DNA of 64,000 nt, taken from the NCBI RefSeq assembly GCF_006345805.1, contig NC_043003.1:50902001-50966000 (forward strand), read 5' to 3'. Source of the DNA: Octopus sinensis. Its lineage: Eukaryota. Shown in pieces: positions 39,830 to 55,026 of this stretch. The notes under the pieces were generated by a model. That model saw nothing but the letters and a program-made list of their open reading frames with translations. It did no database searches and was not told the origin of the DNA. The translations under genes were made by a program, and so were the position numbers. Position 1 is the first letter of the stretch. Each line of letters opens with the position of its first letter.

Positions 39830-41178
39830 CACATACAGGCATACATATATATATATATATATATACATGCATACACATATGTATATATATACATATATAT
39901 ATATATATATTATATATATATATTATATATATATATATATATACATATATACATATACATATATATACATATATATATTGTTCTTTTCTATTTTACTTTA
40001 TTTTATTTTATGCATCGGTGCGCAGCAGATAATTAAGTTGCTGGTGTCAGATTGACATTACAGACATGTGACACGATTGTTTTTTTAGTTTTTTTTATTT
40101 ATTTATTCATTCATTTTCCAATTTGTCGTTCATTGAGTACAGAACTATGGCGTCTTGGAAGTCACAGTTGAGGTGGACCGGAAGTTTACTGCATTCGTCA
40201 TTAACAGGTTGATGATAAGGGACAAGGAGGGAGGTGAGTGTTATAATAGTTTTATTATCCTTCATAAATACTGAAAGAAGAAAGATACGGTAACATTTCA
40301 CTGAAGGAAGGGGGTTGAATATAATAAACACCGCTATTTCGAAGGAGAACATGATTTTGCCAGGCATTTCTTGTAATTAATCTATTTCACATTCCGATGT
40401 TCATGCAACCTCTACGCACTCTTTTGACCCACGAGAGAATTGTGGTGAGACGTGATAAAAGAAATTTATGTAAAGAAAAGGCACACACGCACACAGAGGG
40501 ATGGAGAGAGAGGAAGAGGAGAGAGGGAGGTAACTCAATGCAACTCTAGAAAGTAATATATAAACACGTTGCTAGGTATCTTGACATAGTAAAGTTAAAT
40601 GGAGCTGTAATACAGAATGTTAATATAATTATTACTTCAAACGATTGAAGACAGAAACGGTAAAATGCCGGACTAAATGCGCCGCACTATTTACTGTACC
40701 TCAACCAAAGCCGAACCTACCACACTCCAACATACATCACACATTGAACTTAATGTCCAACATTCCCCCCCCCCCACCTTACCCAGCTCCGAACATTTTC
40801 GTACTTCGAGTCAGTCAATAGGACGGAAATCCGCTAAATTTGTTTTCCTTTACTTTCTGGGTTTCTTATTTTTTTTTTTGGTTTTTTTTTTCGTCCAAGC
40901 AGATGTGTTTCCTCTCTGAACCATCCATGAGTGCTAAGCTGATGGCGAAAATCATCCGCTCTGGAACAGCACTCCACGTCCCTCAAGCCACTGGACCCCA
41001 GAATCTTAAATCTCACATGTTGTTCACCAACAGCTGCTCCGTTGCAGCAAATACTACAAAGAATACTGACAATGACACTCATTTGAGTCGTCTACGTTCA
41101 CCAATTGTGAAGCTTACCCATCATGCAATTTGTCTGTTTTTTAGGTTTTTTGAGGTTTGGGGGTTGTTGTTGTTTTTG

Positions 41179-41184
<6 letters not shown>

Positions 41185-41228
<44 letters not shown>

Positions 41229-41730
41229 TAAGTGAGAGAGCAGTGCATGCCATCAAAGTGACAATGGGGTAAAGTATACGAAGCCCAGTATACTCATCAT
41301 GACTACCCATCTAATAAGGGTACACTAGGCACATGCATCACAACCATATGTCCGCGACATGGTGATCTCATATCAAGAAAAAACAGCAAATGACCTTGCA
41401 GGTGGGGCCCAGTTAGAATTTTCTTCTGGTCGAGTAACCGATCCTGCTCAAAAGGTCTCTGAATAAGGGTTGTTTAAGGATGTTGAACGAACCACCCATG
41501 ATTCCAGAGGTGAAATATCCAAACCCCAAAGAAACCCTCTCAACACATGGCTATGATGCTCCCCCACTACTTCTGCTCGTGATCAGAGATACACATATCG
41601 TCAGCTTCTAAGGGACATGCTCAACTGGTTACGGTCAAACAACTGACAAGCAAATCTCTGGTATTAAGCAGAATATTTGCTGTAGCCCGTCTTTTATACC
41701 AAGACAAAACAATGTACATGATAACACTTA
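41185..41730 (-). mobile_element. Unclassified retroposon-like repeat ending in (AAT)n
   Basis: GC-richer 500-bp block abutting a pure (TAT)n tract, with a local duplication aagacaaaacaatgtacatgata at the other end. The family is not identified. Confidence 0.4.
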
Positions 41731-43134
41731 AGAATGTACATAAGACAAAACAATGTACATGATATATTTTTTTTTTTTCTTGTGAGTCTAGCAGAAGACC
41801 ATTAACTATGACTTGATGCCATTAACGTTTTGTTTAGCCTATTGCAGATCAACACCTGTCGAAAGGACATGTGCAAGAAGAAGATCCCATAGGGCCGATG
41901 TACTGGGTAGAAGAAACTAGGCATAATGGTTAGTGCGTAGCCTTGTGGGCTGGATGTACCAAGAGTAATGAGAGATGGAAAGACAAGAATATAGAGGGTG
42001 CATGAGTCGGGGGGGGGGCACGAGGCCAGCAAATGAAACCTGCAAGACAACCGTTGTGGAGTCAAACGAAACTTCTCTGAACCAGATAACTTGCACGTTT
42101 TCTCGCCTCCAAATTGCAGTGAGGTCTTCTAGACTACGAAGAAAGTCTACGATTTGCGGAATCATCCTAATAAACATTCCCCGTTCAATATGGCCCTGTT
42201 AGTGGTAGGACCCATTGATAAAACCTCTACGTAAGCTACTCGAGTTCCTTCCAATTTCGTATTAAATGCACAGAATAATGTGGATTTATAACTTATCTCT
42301 CTTTTATAGATGTTATGTCTAGTTTTCGCAGCTCTTTCAGCTCAAATTCTATTTAAATTTGAAACCCTAAATGCTGAAATAAATATTGCAAGACATTTGG
42401 TCTGATTCTGCCAAAATTAAAAATAAGTTGTTTTTTTTTTTGTTTTGTTTTTTTTGGTGGTTGGGGAGATTGTCAATAAAAATTCTTATGTTTATGATTT
42501 TGTAACGATAATGTAATTATGGAGATAACTGTGTGGTAGATATAAGAATCTTTTAAGATTTGTTGCTTTAAAGTAAACCATTACCGTGTGTTTGAGCAAT
42601 ATATGTGGTTTATGAAAACTGGGTCACTATTTTAGAAATTCAACGAATCTACCTCCCTCAAGTTGGAACTCACTGAGCATGCCGTCTGGGTCAATTTTCT
42701 ACAACTATTAACAGTTCCATAATGTTTTCTCTAAAGTATTTATAGCTTCCAATCAGCCTTAATGAAACAGAATTATGCATAAAAGCATTCCAAACGTGAC
42801 CTTCAGTCTGCTTTCTATTTTATTTCTATTTTAAATCACGGGCTATATAATCTAATGTGTCCGTCATGTTGTAAGACTAGGATATGATTTCAGGATTATT
42901 TGGTTGTTATTTCGAAAACTTTTGACAGGAAGTATGTGTGTATTGATTGTTGAAAACTTTATAAAATACAGACTGACAAAATGTATAAGCTATACAGTAT
43001 GTGTGTGTGTATTTATCGATCATTCAGCATCATAATATATACACATACATGCGTAAGTGCAGTATGTATTGTAAAGAACATATGTATTATATAATATATA
43101 TAATAAACAATATACATTTATATATATATACATA

Positions 43135-43165
<31 letters not shown>

Positions 43166-43381
43166 GTATGTGTTTATACATATATCAATACATACATATA
43201 TACCTAAATATATATATATATACATACATATATATATATATCATATACATATACATATACATACATATATATATATATACATATATATATATACATATAT
43301 ATTATATATATTATATATATTATATAATTTATATATATATATATATTCATATACATACGTATAATATATACATATACCTAC

Positions 43382-43412
<31 letters not shown>

Positions 43413-43573
43413 ACACATATATATATATACATATTAATATATATATACATATATATACATATTATATATATATACATATAATACATATTAATATATATAT
43501 ATACATGTATATACATATACATATATATACATACATACACATACATACACATACATACATACCATACATACAT

Positions 43574-43613
<40 letters not shown>

Positions 43614-44454
43614 ATACATATACATATTCATATACATATACATATAATGGAATAAATTCTCCACCTGTAATACATAAACTGGTAGTATTAAAAATTGTTT
43701 TATAGTTGTTTAATGACTGCCTAAATTGCTTATGTAGGTTAACGGGCAAGAAGATTAATCTTCTATTACTGCATCAATTTATATAATATTTTATTGAGGT
43801 AAAACTTTATATCGCATATTTGAAGCTAAAAGTATTGTAATATTTCATATATATTTACGAGTATTTAAGCAAATTTCTCTTAGTGTAAAAGTTATAAGAT
43901 TATTAGAAATAATGAACAATAAAATTTTGATTGTAACAAGCAATAAACTTTAGCTGCATATATATCTTTTTGTATACATTGATGTATAAATGGGCGTATG
44001 AATGTGGGGTTTACATGTATATATAGATATGTATTATGGTTTTTAACATTGGCACAAGAGAATGAGAAGAGAGTTGATTAAAATGATACACTACCTGACT
44101 GACATTTGTTTTATCAAAATTTTGTGTATAATTAAAGGCAAAACGCAAAAATCGGCCACTGCTTGAACCGGCTGAATTTTAACTCATAACATAACTCAAG
44201 AAAACGTCAATAAATACCACATAAGATTAGATATTTTGGAGAGATGGTCTAATGTAACGAATCGACTATAATAATGGTACATATTTGTTTATAAGCACCG
44301 AGGGTTAGCGAAGTAGGATAGCTCGACAGTAGATTTCTTGGCGATAATTCTCGTGGCTATTTGTCTTATTAATTCACATACTGCGAGGACAAAGTTGTTT
44401 TTCTTTCCCAGCCCTGAGATCGCTAAATAAAGTAACTGCTCTCTTCTGGATCAA

Positions 44455-44455
44455 T

Positions 44456-44492
<37 letters not shown>

Positions 44493-44593
44493 TTCTTTCT
44501 TTCTTGAAGAAGAAGAAGAAGAAGAAGAGAAAAGAAGAAGAAGAAGAAGAAGAAGAAGAAGAAGAAGAAGAAGAAGAAGAAGAAGAAGAAGAA
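44455..44593. repeat. (CT)n/(CTTT)n directly followed by (GAA)n
   Basis: Directly visible pyrimidine-to-purine switch. Confidence 0.95.
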
Positions 44594-46177
44594 ATCAGCT
44601 GTTGTCAGCCCAAGAAAATAAGTGCATTGCCAAGTCTAAAAATGCTCTAGACACACCGTATATCACGACAGCCGACCCACGACTTCATCAAGGAATTAAG
44701 GATCTACGACAAGGCAAGCACCCGATTTTATTGTTCTCGGGATAAAGAAATATAATTATTAACCCAGGCTTGAATTGATGTCAAGACTTTGTCTGCACAT
44801 CACCCTTCAAAAATATTAATATCTGCAATTTTAAGCAATAAACTTGATTGTATCAGAGAATAATCTTTGAGTATGATTAGTGCACATCATTAATACGGTT
44901 AATAGGTAAATCCATTTCAGAATCTGATGGCATATATTGCGGTATTTATTTTGGCTTCTGGCGTGAGGAATTGAAATCCTTCCGATGACGACTTTGCCTT
45001 TCGGGTTCGATAAAATAACAGATAAGTACAGTAGGTTGATGAGATTATTAGAGCGGTTATTAGCCAGTTAGAGCATCCGATGTGATACGTTGTGATACTT
45101 GTTATCGTTCTTGCCGTTTTGGATGCAAAACCCGTCAAGGAATCAACTCCGATAGCTGGTTACGACTAATCACACAACTATGGGGCTATGACTGGAATAG
45201 CCCTATTGGAATCGGATTAGAGGATGATTGAGGCAATGAGCTATCACAGTCAAATGATGATGAGGTGTAGCTACATAAATGTAACTTTTTAAAATTTTAA
45301 TAAATTTGACCTTTTTCAGACAGATGGAATAAAAGCGAATGAATTTATCTTACAACCCAGTAGAAAAGATCCATCCAACTGATTAGCAAAAGTCACAGAC
45401 ATTCCTCTTACCCACAGGCATGCTAATACCTCTCTCTACCATTTCTAACATAGTATAATGGCCTCTGCTTCTCGGATTATTGAGCCCATTTCAGCTCAAC
45501 TTAGATACTCCCGACACATTCGTCTCCTCTCATCACCCTTATTAAGTCCAAGCGCCCAGGCCCCGGAATAATCAAAGTGCTCAGTCCTTATTTTCCAGAA
45601 CGTATGTTTTCTGAAATTACTGCCATCCCTACCTATGTCTTTCCTGCAAGTGTTTGACTTTGCAAAGGTTCGCGAAAAACATTAATGACATTAAACTCAA
45701 GGACACCATAGGCCTTGATTCTTCCAAACTCAGCAAGTAAAAGTTATTTTTAAACAAATGAAAATATTTCTTTCGCGGAATAGAATTATACTTCAGAACA
45801 ATTGCATGTTCACATATTTTTGCATTTTAAATTATTCAGATATTTATTTTGCGGGTTTCAGAATTACTCTCAACAGCTTGAGCAGAATCCTTTATTCAGT
45901 TAATGGTGTTTGTTTTTCTATGTATAAAATCGTTAATTTTAACTATATGTATGTCAGAGTGCGCGCATGTGTGTGTGTGTGTCTTTCCTTGCCCACCTCC
46001 AGCATCGGATAGAATCGTAGGCGTACCATCGTAACATAGGGCGTACCTTAGACATTATAAACCTTGAAGTTCATGTGTGTGCGCGTGTGTGGTATATATA
46101 TTTATATATATATAATATATTATATATATATATATCTTTATACAGTATATATATATATATATATAATATATATATAT

Positions 46178-46209
<32 letters not shown>

Positions 46210-46223
46210 ATATCTTTATACAG

Positions 46224-46269
<46 letters not shown>

Positions 46270-47034
46270 CATATACATAAATACATACAAACACACTGAT
46301 ACTTGAAATGCTAATGCGATGGTGCTGAGATTGCAGTCTCTACCATGATGATATCAGCAGTGTGAAATATCATCCTTGTAGTAAAATATCGAGAAATTTC
46401 AGTATATTAATATAAATTCGAACGACCTGCACTTATTTTTAAAAACTTAATGAAATTAGTATGCACATATCCTGCTGCTTGTTCTCCGACAAACGAACTT
46501 GTAAACGTTCTGCTCCTTATCACAAATGCGCATTAAAAAATCTGGCTTCAAAGATAGAATATATTACATACAGGAGAACATCAACACACGTATATTTACC
46601 AATCGAAAAAGTAATATTATGTGATATAATCCACCATACAGTCTAAATGTTCGTTCCAATTTTACTATCTTTACAAAAAGAATTTTTCCACATAAGAACT
46701 TTCAGAGAAATAAAGACAAAGTGAATTATAATAGCACCGAAATCTTCGCTGCTTCTTTATTTGTTGTTGGGCTTATAGAAAGAATTATTTTCACCTGCTT
46801 AGATCAAATAAATTTCGTCTTAAATAATTAGTATCTGCCTGGATTATTAAATGATAAAGCAAGGTTCTTTTGGATAGTATCTAAAATATCGTTATAGCAA
46901 CAGCGAATAACTACTATGTCATCGTATCGAAATGACAGAATACTGTGGTACCAGTATTTCAGGAGGTCTAATACGTATAAGCTGACCAAATCACTTACAT
47001 TCCTGTCAAGGCGTCCCACATCCCATCTGTTTCA

Positions 47035-47090
<56 letters not shown>

Positions 47091-47391
47091 TATTATTACT
47101 CAAGTCGACCTGTTGTTGAAAAGCGAGGTCATGCACGTATGTATAATCGGTTTTATTTACCACCTATCGAGTTTGACGAATTTATGGGCAAATGTTGAGT
47201 TTTAATTAACAGGGATACCGACATTGAGGGGAGGGGGACATCTACAGTATCAAATTAGCTTTCGCTTTATTTGTTATATATTTGAACCAGGGTGCTGTCG
47301 AATTACTGCAATTCTGTGGGTTGTTATTCTGTTAAATTTTAATATTCATATCTGTATTATGCTACACAAAGACACACACACACACACACAC

Positions 47392-47442
<51 letters not shown>

Positions 47443-47802
47443 TAATAAGTATAATATATACAGGCATATATGCATAGGCGTGTGTTAATGCATAATGTGT
47501 ATGAATAAATACGTATATATATATATTCATATATGCATCTATATGTGTGTGTTGGTGTGTATATATCTACAAATATAAAAAATTTAAATATATACGTATG
47601 GTCGTCTTTGTGTGCGTATAAACGCAAATAAAGAAAAGCACGTAAAAATTTACTGAAGTATCTAAAATTAAAGTGGAATGTTATTCTATTTGATTAAGTT
47701 CTTTTCAATTAAATTAACGGCTGTGCATAGACTGAATTTCTAAAGAGTAAATTAAGCGACTGACTTCTCATGGGAAAGGTTTTAACAATCTTCACACTTC
47801 CA

Positions 47803-47855
<53 letters not shown>

Positions 47856-49036
47856 GGTTTCTAGCCGCGCACATACATTATATGTATATATAGTTGCTAA
47901 ATCTGAAAGAAGGGTTATGCCTACCATGACCGATGAGATTGATGTCATTATTGTTCTGTTTAAACTGTTACAAATCGACAGCTGTAGAAAAGACATGAAC
48001 AAACAAAAGGTTCCAGAAGCCTGAAGCTCTGGGAGGGGAGGGGCTGGCATTGTTATTAGTGCCACAATAAATGTGATAAAATGAAGTGGGGTTTGTGGAT
48101 CTAGAGTACCTGAGTGAAGAAAGCTCGTGAACAGCTAACTCTTATAAACAGAGACGATTTTACTAGCATGTGACCGACCAGGCTATCAGATGTTGTTTCA
48201 CATGGCTGGTCATAATGCGTTCTTGCATTGTTTTAGCCTTCAAATGACGCCATCACATTGGCAAGGCGATCAAGCCTGTATTCCCTTCTGGTCGAAAAAG
48301 GGACTGGAGCAACGTGAAACGAAGTGTTTTGCTCAAAAACACAATCAAGGTATCGAACCCACGGTCTAGTGATCGTGAATGCAAAAGTGATCGTAAAGGC
48401 CACGCGCCTTTACGATTTTAATAAGGGTAAAAAAGAAGTCAAAAAGTGCAGACTGTAGGCCTGTGAACAAGAAGCTGGGGATTACCTATAATAGCTACAA
48501 AAAAAAACTGAGTGACATTTCCCTACATGTAACCCGAGGGCATCTGTTTGTTAATGATAGCAGCAACATCGTCTCACTAATGGTGTATGACAAAGGAATG
48601 ATCCCCGGTGGGTTTGGCTTTGCTGAAAGCTTGTTGGTGGTCATTGACAAGAGCGAGGGAGAGAGAAAAAGCGGAATAGAGCGTGAGAGAAAGAGATAGC
48701 AAGGAAGATAGACCGACAGAGAAGAGAAAAAGAGATTTAAAGTGTTGAATAACGTCGTTGTCAATCACTGTTTCCGCTAACAAAACAGAAATATTAGAAG
48801 TACAATAGGGCGATGGTTGGCTGGGTCAAAAGAGTTACTTTTCTTTGGAATGGGAGAAAATGTGGCATGTCTCCAAAGATTAATGCAAGTAACTCCAACC
48901 AAACGAGATGAATAATATTTTCTTTCGTGTGTTCACTTCTTCGTATATATTTATATATGTAAACATACATGTTTGAATGTATATATGCATGTATATGTTT
49001 ATATATGTGTGTGAATATGTGTGTAAGCGTGTGTGT

Positions 49037-49151
<115 letters not shown>

Positions 49152-49599
49152 GAGAAGCGTGCTAGTGTGTGTGTATGTGTATATAAATTTTGTCAAACTA
49201 CAACTCGAGATAAGTTCTTTCTTATACACACATTGACTGCTGAGGGTTTTCCTTTTATTCGTATCTCTCAAGATATTAATATATCTATCCATACACATAT
49301 ATGTACTTTTTCTAATACATTTGTACGCAAAACTGCCTACACTCATACACACATATACGCACCTCTAAACAGGTACATGCCCACATACATACATACATTA
49401 TACACACACACGCACACATACATATATATATACAGGGGTTTGACAAAATAATGGAAACACATAACATGTATGTGGGCGAAAGTTATCTTTGTCTATGTAT
49501 GTTGCGTCTTGTGTGTGTATGGATATATTGTCTGCGTTCAGATATTATGTGCTTGTGTGGGTATGAGAGTGTGTACTGAATTAAACAGTGTGTACGGCT

Positions 49600-50885
49600 G
49601 CTCATATAGTGGTATGTGTGGTGACGCTATTGAAGATGGTGTGTGGGTGTATGGATGATGGTGGGTGGATGTGTGGATGTGTGGATGATTTTGGGTGGGT
49701 TGGTGTGTGGATCATGGTGTGTGTGGTTGAGTGCCGAGAAGTGGTCAGTGCTAGTGCGTGTGGAGTGGTGTGGGGTTGGAATCAAATGAGGAGAGGAAGT
49801 GAGGTTGGTATCATATGAAGAGAGGAGGTGCGTTGAGCCCATGTGGTGCAAAGGAGCAAAGAGAGAAGATTAATTAAGCAGTTGTCTGGGTGGCCCCTAC
49901 GCAAACATAATCTGAACACAGACATATGTTGTAGTGAATAACCGGTAGAACGGAAATGGTGCGTGACTGGAATGTCATTGCCGAGTCTGATTTCTCGGAG
50001 GTGCTCCGCGAATTGGTCAGCCAAGCGGTGTCCCGTTTGACGGATGTACAGGGAAGGACAGAGAAGACAGGAGATGCAGTAAATGACATTACTAGAAGTG
50101 CAGGTGAAGCAGTCGGTGGTGTGATAGGGACGATGATGGGTGCCTGTGAGGATGATGATGTTGTAGAGGTACAGGCAGGTGCGACAGTGTAGGCGAGAGC
50201 AGAGGAACGGTCTAGGTTCGAAGGTGGGGTTAGGGAAGAAATTAGACTAGGAGGTCACGCAAACTATAGGCTCGTTTGAAGGAGGGAAGGGGTAGGTTTG
50301 GGAAGGTGTGCGAGGTGGAGGGGTTGGACTATAATCGCCGGAAGGCTCGGAGAATGGTGCGTTGGAAGGGCCGAGTGAAGGGTCGGTAGGTATGGGGAAA
50401 TGGCAACGGTGAAGCGAGTGCGAAGAGAAAGAGCAAAGGCACGGACCACGCATCGCGCCCTGGAAAGAGCAGTGTGGATACTGGTGAGGGGATATCCATG
50501 TAGGATGAAGTAGGGAGCCATGAGTGGAGCCTGAGCCTCAAAGTCATGGTTGTCACAGTAGAGCCTGCACAGACGGAGGAATAGGGTGTAGGGGATGGGG
50601 TGCCTGATATGGGCAGGATGTGAGGAGGAAAAGTTAAGGTAGGAGTGTGAGGTCGGCGTGTTTGTAGTGGATGGAGGTAGTGTATACTGAGAAATTCTAC
50701 GGAAGAGTTAGAGACAGTGCAGAAGAATTCGAGGGCAGGATGGAGAAATTGGACAAAAGAGAGGAAGGAGTCTAGTTGTTATCGGGAGAGTGAGGTCACG
50801 CCGCTATGGATATAACGACCGTATAGTTCGGAAGTGGGACCAGTGAAATGTGAGAATATTTGGGCCTCAACATAACCAACGAACA
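49600..50885 (-). mobile_element. Second 5'-truncated, decayed copy of the 28-30 kb Penelope-like element
   Basis: Collinear with 28.5-29.97 kb (e.g. gcaggagatgcagtaaatgacatt, tcaaagtcatggttgtcac, gtgcagaagaattcgagggcaggatgga). ORF fragment ADQFAEHLREIRLGND.PV..HF. Confidence 0.92.
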
Positions 50886-51602
50886 TTCCCGTTCCTGTAT
50901 ATATATATTCACACACGTTGGACCATATATTTATTTATATGCCCTCACTCGGAACTAGTTTGAGCGTTTGAATGCAGATAAAACAATCTTGTGAAAGACC
51001 TCATAACAGGTAACGATGCGTGGAAGTATGGCTATAACCACAAAGAAATACGTCAGCCTCCACAAATGTAAAAATGTTGTGGTGTATTTCATTCTATGTA
51101 TGTTCCACTGAGCCGATCAATAAAGTGTTATGGAGGCCTGAGGCATGGACATAAAAAACCCAGATCCAACACCACGATACATTCAATCAACAATCGTTTT
51201 CCAAGTTTTTTTTTTCGTGGAAAGCGCGAGACTTACGACTATCGTCAGCCAGCAATCTAAGTTTCTAGTTTTGACAATTACGGATCTTTTAATGACCATG
51301 GGACTGCACCTAGAAAGTTACCCTCCGAGGCACAAGTCCGAGCACGGTTGTTTATGGAAGACCAGCAGTCGCCTATGCATACCAGCCTCCCTTCTCCACA
51401 CCAACGAGATTTCCAAGGCAAAGGTCGGTACAACTTGCCACCAGTGACGTCGCAACTCATTTCTACAGCTCAGTGAAGTGGAGCAACGTAAAATAAAATG
51501 TCTTGCTCAAGAACACAATACGCAGCCTGGTCCGGAATCGAACTCACAACCTCATGATCTTAAGCTCGACGCTCTAACCACTGAGCCATGCGCCTTCACA
51601 TG

Positions 51603-51669
<67 letters not shown>

Positions 51670-51670
51670 A

Positions 51671-51708
<38 letters not shown>

Positions 51709-51827
51709 CATGCTTAAGTACGTACGTCCATACGTGCATGTATATATATTTGTAGAGATGTGTATGTATATACACATATATTTATGTGTGTGTATGTATA
51801 TATACGCATGCATGCGTATATACATAC

Positions 51828-51917
<90 letters not shown>

Positions 51918-52564
51918 ATATATATATATATATTATATATATATATATACATATATACATACATATAAACATATACATATAAGACAATATAACTGGTCAC
52001 CGGATGTTTTTTGGTGACTGATTCTTTGGTACGTGACTCATTAAAGAGTTTAGCACCGATTTAAATCTGATGAAATCAAGTATTTCCAGCTGTTTTCAAA
52101 AATAAACCTTCGCTACATTTTTTCTTTCTTTTAGCATTCATCACCATCAAACATACACCCACACCCTCGCCGGACGAAACAAGGCTCACAGTATCAACAT
52201 CACGTGTAATATTACTACAACCGGTAAGGCGGCGAGCTAGTAGAATCGTTACCGCACCGGACAAAATGCTTCGCGGCAATTCGTCCGTCTTTATGTTCTG
52301 AGTCCAAATTCCACCGAGGCCGACTTTGCCTTTCATCTTCGGAGTCGATAAAATAGGTACCTGTTGAATACTGGGTTCGATGTAATCGACTTACTCCCTT
52401 CTCCGAAATTGCTGGTCTTGTGCCAAAATTTGAAAAACGGTTTTACTACAGCCAGTACAACAACACTTATACCTATTTCTTTACTACCCACAGGGGACTA
52501 AACACAGGGGCACGGATTACCACCTCCTTTATACTACGAGCTAAAGACTGAGCATCTCTGTAGT

Positions 52565-52716
52565 CTTGTCATGGACAAACTGTGGCCCGCAGGACTCTCT
52601 GAATTGTACAATGTACACCAAAGAAAAGTACCAATGAACGTTTTAGTAGTGCGTCCTGCATGGTGATGAGACATGTCTCATGCGGCCCACTTCTCGAAAA
52701 TGGTTGCCCGTGCCTG
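52565..52716. mobile_element. hAT-like MITE remnant
   Basis: Left end catggacaaactgtggcccgc, right end tgcggccc...aaaatggttgcccgtgcctg, both hAT-type termini with GGCCC subterminal motifs. Confidence 0.5.
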
Positions 52717-53255
52717 GTGTAGTCGCTCGATCTACTAGCAACAACATTTACATTTTTTTCATGTATGCATATTCTATCGGCTTAAATAACATGAAGCTGT
52801 CGCTTCTGTAATGTCTTTTATCATAGATCAGTTGTAATGAATCATGTCTGGCCATACAACAAAAAGTAACAACAGCCACAACTATCACAATTAATACCAC
52901 CACCATCACATCAAAGATCTTCCGCAACGCATCGCTGTACAATGTCATTCCTTTCACTGGCAGTTTTGATCTGTCTTTTGAAGCGGTTGACACTTTATGC
53001 TTGCAACATCATATCTTTTATCTTTTACTGGTTTCAATCATTGGACTGCAGCCATGTTGGGGGTACCTCTTGAAGAATTTTATTCGAATGAATCGACCCC
53101 AGTACTTATATTTTAAGCTTGGTACTTATTCTATCGGTCTTTTTCGCTGAACCGCTAAGTTACAAGGACGTAAACCAACCAATACCGGTTACCAAATGGT
53201 GGAGGAGGACAAAAACACACACATACACACGCACACGTATACATGTGTGTGTGTA

Positions 53256-53286
<31 letters not shown>

Positions 53287-54976
53287 AAGACAAGCTTCTT
53301 TCAGTTTCCATCCACGAAATCCACTCACAAGGCTTTTGGCCGGCCCGAAACTATAGTTGAAGATACTTTCCCAAGGTGCTGCGCAATAGGACTGAACCCG
53401 GAACCATGGAGAGGAGAAACAAACGTCTTATTACACAGCCGCTCTAAGATTATATAAAAAAAAATCTGCATAGATTGGCTAGAGGTGAAGAGGGACTGCT
53501 GCTTGGAGATTAAATTATGGTGAGCGCACACACCACCCTCCATCCCAACAGAGACCTATATACGGTCACTCAACCGACTAGAAATAATATCACCTAAATC
53601 AACTTTAAATCACATTCTACTTTTTGGTAACGTTAATTCGACAACCAACCCCTGGTGTCCTCTTTCACAAGTGCTCTATTTGCATGTCAAAGAATTTTTC
53701 CTGGCGCCTTCCTTGGAGTGTTTTCTTTCTTTTTTTTTTTTGTTGCCTTTACCAGATGCTATCTCATCCGCTAAATACAGACACACTCACGACATCTAAC
53801 TAGGCACTCGCAGCTGAAGCAAATATCACACAGCGCTCAGTCCGACACTCTGACAACTCTACTGATTTATTGATTGATATTGGATTGATATTTAAATTTA
53901 TTGATGCTGGAAAGGCAAAAGTCAAAGTCAACCTTGGTGAGATGTGAACGCAGGAAAACCTCCTACGCAGAGATGGAAATAATTTCATATTATGTATCTA
54001 TGTGTGCATGTATGCTGAAGGAAATGTAATTTTAAGTTTATGATATCATTTTGGTAATATTTATCTTTGACTTTCGGTCAATGACACATGCGGATCCGAT
54101 AGAGAATTGAAGCCTTAAGCTAAATGGCAATTCTGTATTGAATGACCGTAAGTTGATACGAGAAATTAACAAAGTTCGTTCTGCGTCAACAGCAGGATAG
54201 TCTTTGGTAATTTTCTTTCATTCATTAGATTGTAAGTCACAAATAAAATTCTATAACTTGTACCGTTTCAGTGACCACTTCGACTATCATGATTCTCAAC
54301 GTCATTAGAATTCCAATTTATAGTTTGATAAAATGAGAGCAAGGGTAGGAATAAACCATTGATGTTAACAGAATTAACGAATTCCGATGGCTACATAGTT
54401 ACTTAGTCGTCATTAGCAACAGAGTAAACACATCCAAGAACCTTAGTTTCCCTTGAGAATATTTTTATAAATTTACTGTTCAGTTTATCAACTTCGTGAA
54501 GTTGAAATAGCATTTGATGACAGCCACTGCATATTAAAATTATTCTCTAAATTATCGTATAAATTTTAGGTAAACTGTACGTATTATTGGCATGAAAATG
54601 GAAAGGAATTTCAGTGGTATCGGTGAAAAGACACAACAACGTTAGGGATTCTCCCTTCACCAAGTTGCAATAAACAGGCAGCATGGAGCACCAGAACCCA
54701 TATACCTGTGTAATCAGTCATGATTCAATGATTTTTCTTAGTAATAACAACAAAAAAAGTTTTCCATTCTCCTTTACTTTAATTTTTTTTTTTGCACATT
54801 CCTTAATTCTCAGATATTCCATCTGCAACCCTTTCTTTCATAATCATTAATTCTCAGTAACTAATATTTTATTAATCCTTCTCCCCTTCTTTTAAATCCG
54901 TTGAGTATAATTTCTGTCCTGTGTCCCACGTTAATTCTATATGGGTGATTAACATTCCTCTAAGATCATCCCTTGT

Positions 54977-55026
54977 TATTCTGGCTCAATATTCTGGCTC
55001 AATATTCTGGCTTAATATTCTGGCTA
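54977..55026. repeat. Minisatellite, 14-bp unit (tattctggctcaa-like) x ~3.5
   Basis: ttctggctcaatat repeated directly. Confidence 0.9.

Noticed and set aside
45350-45740. Possible decayed LINE fragment
   Set aside because: No diagnostic motif could be read with confidence.
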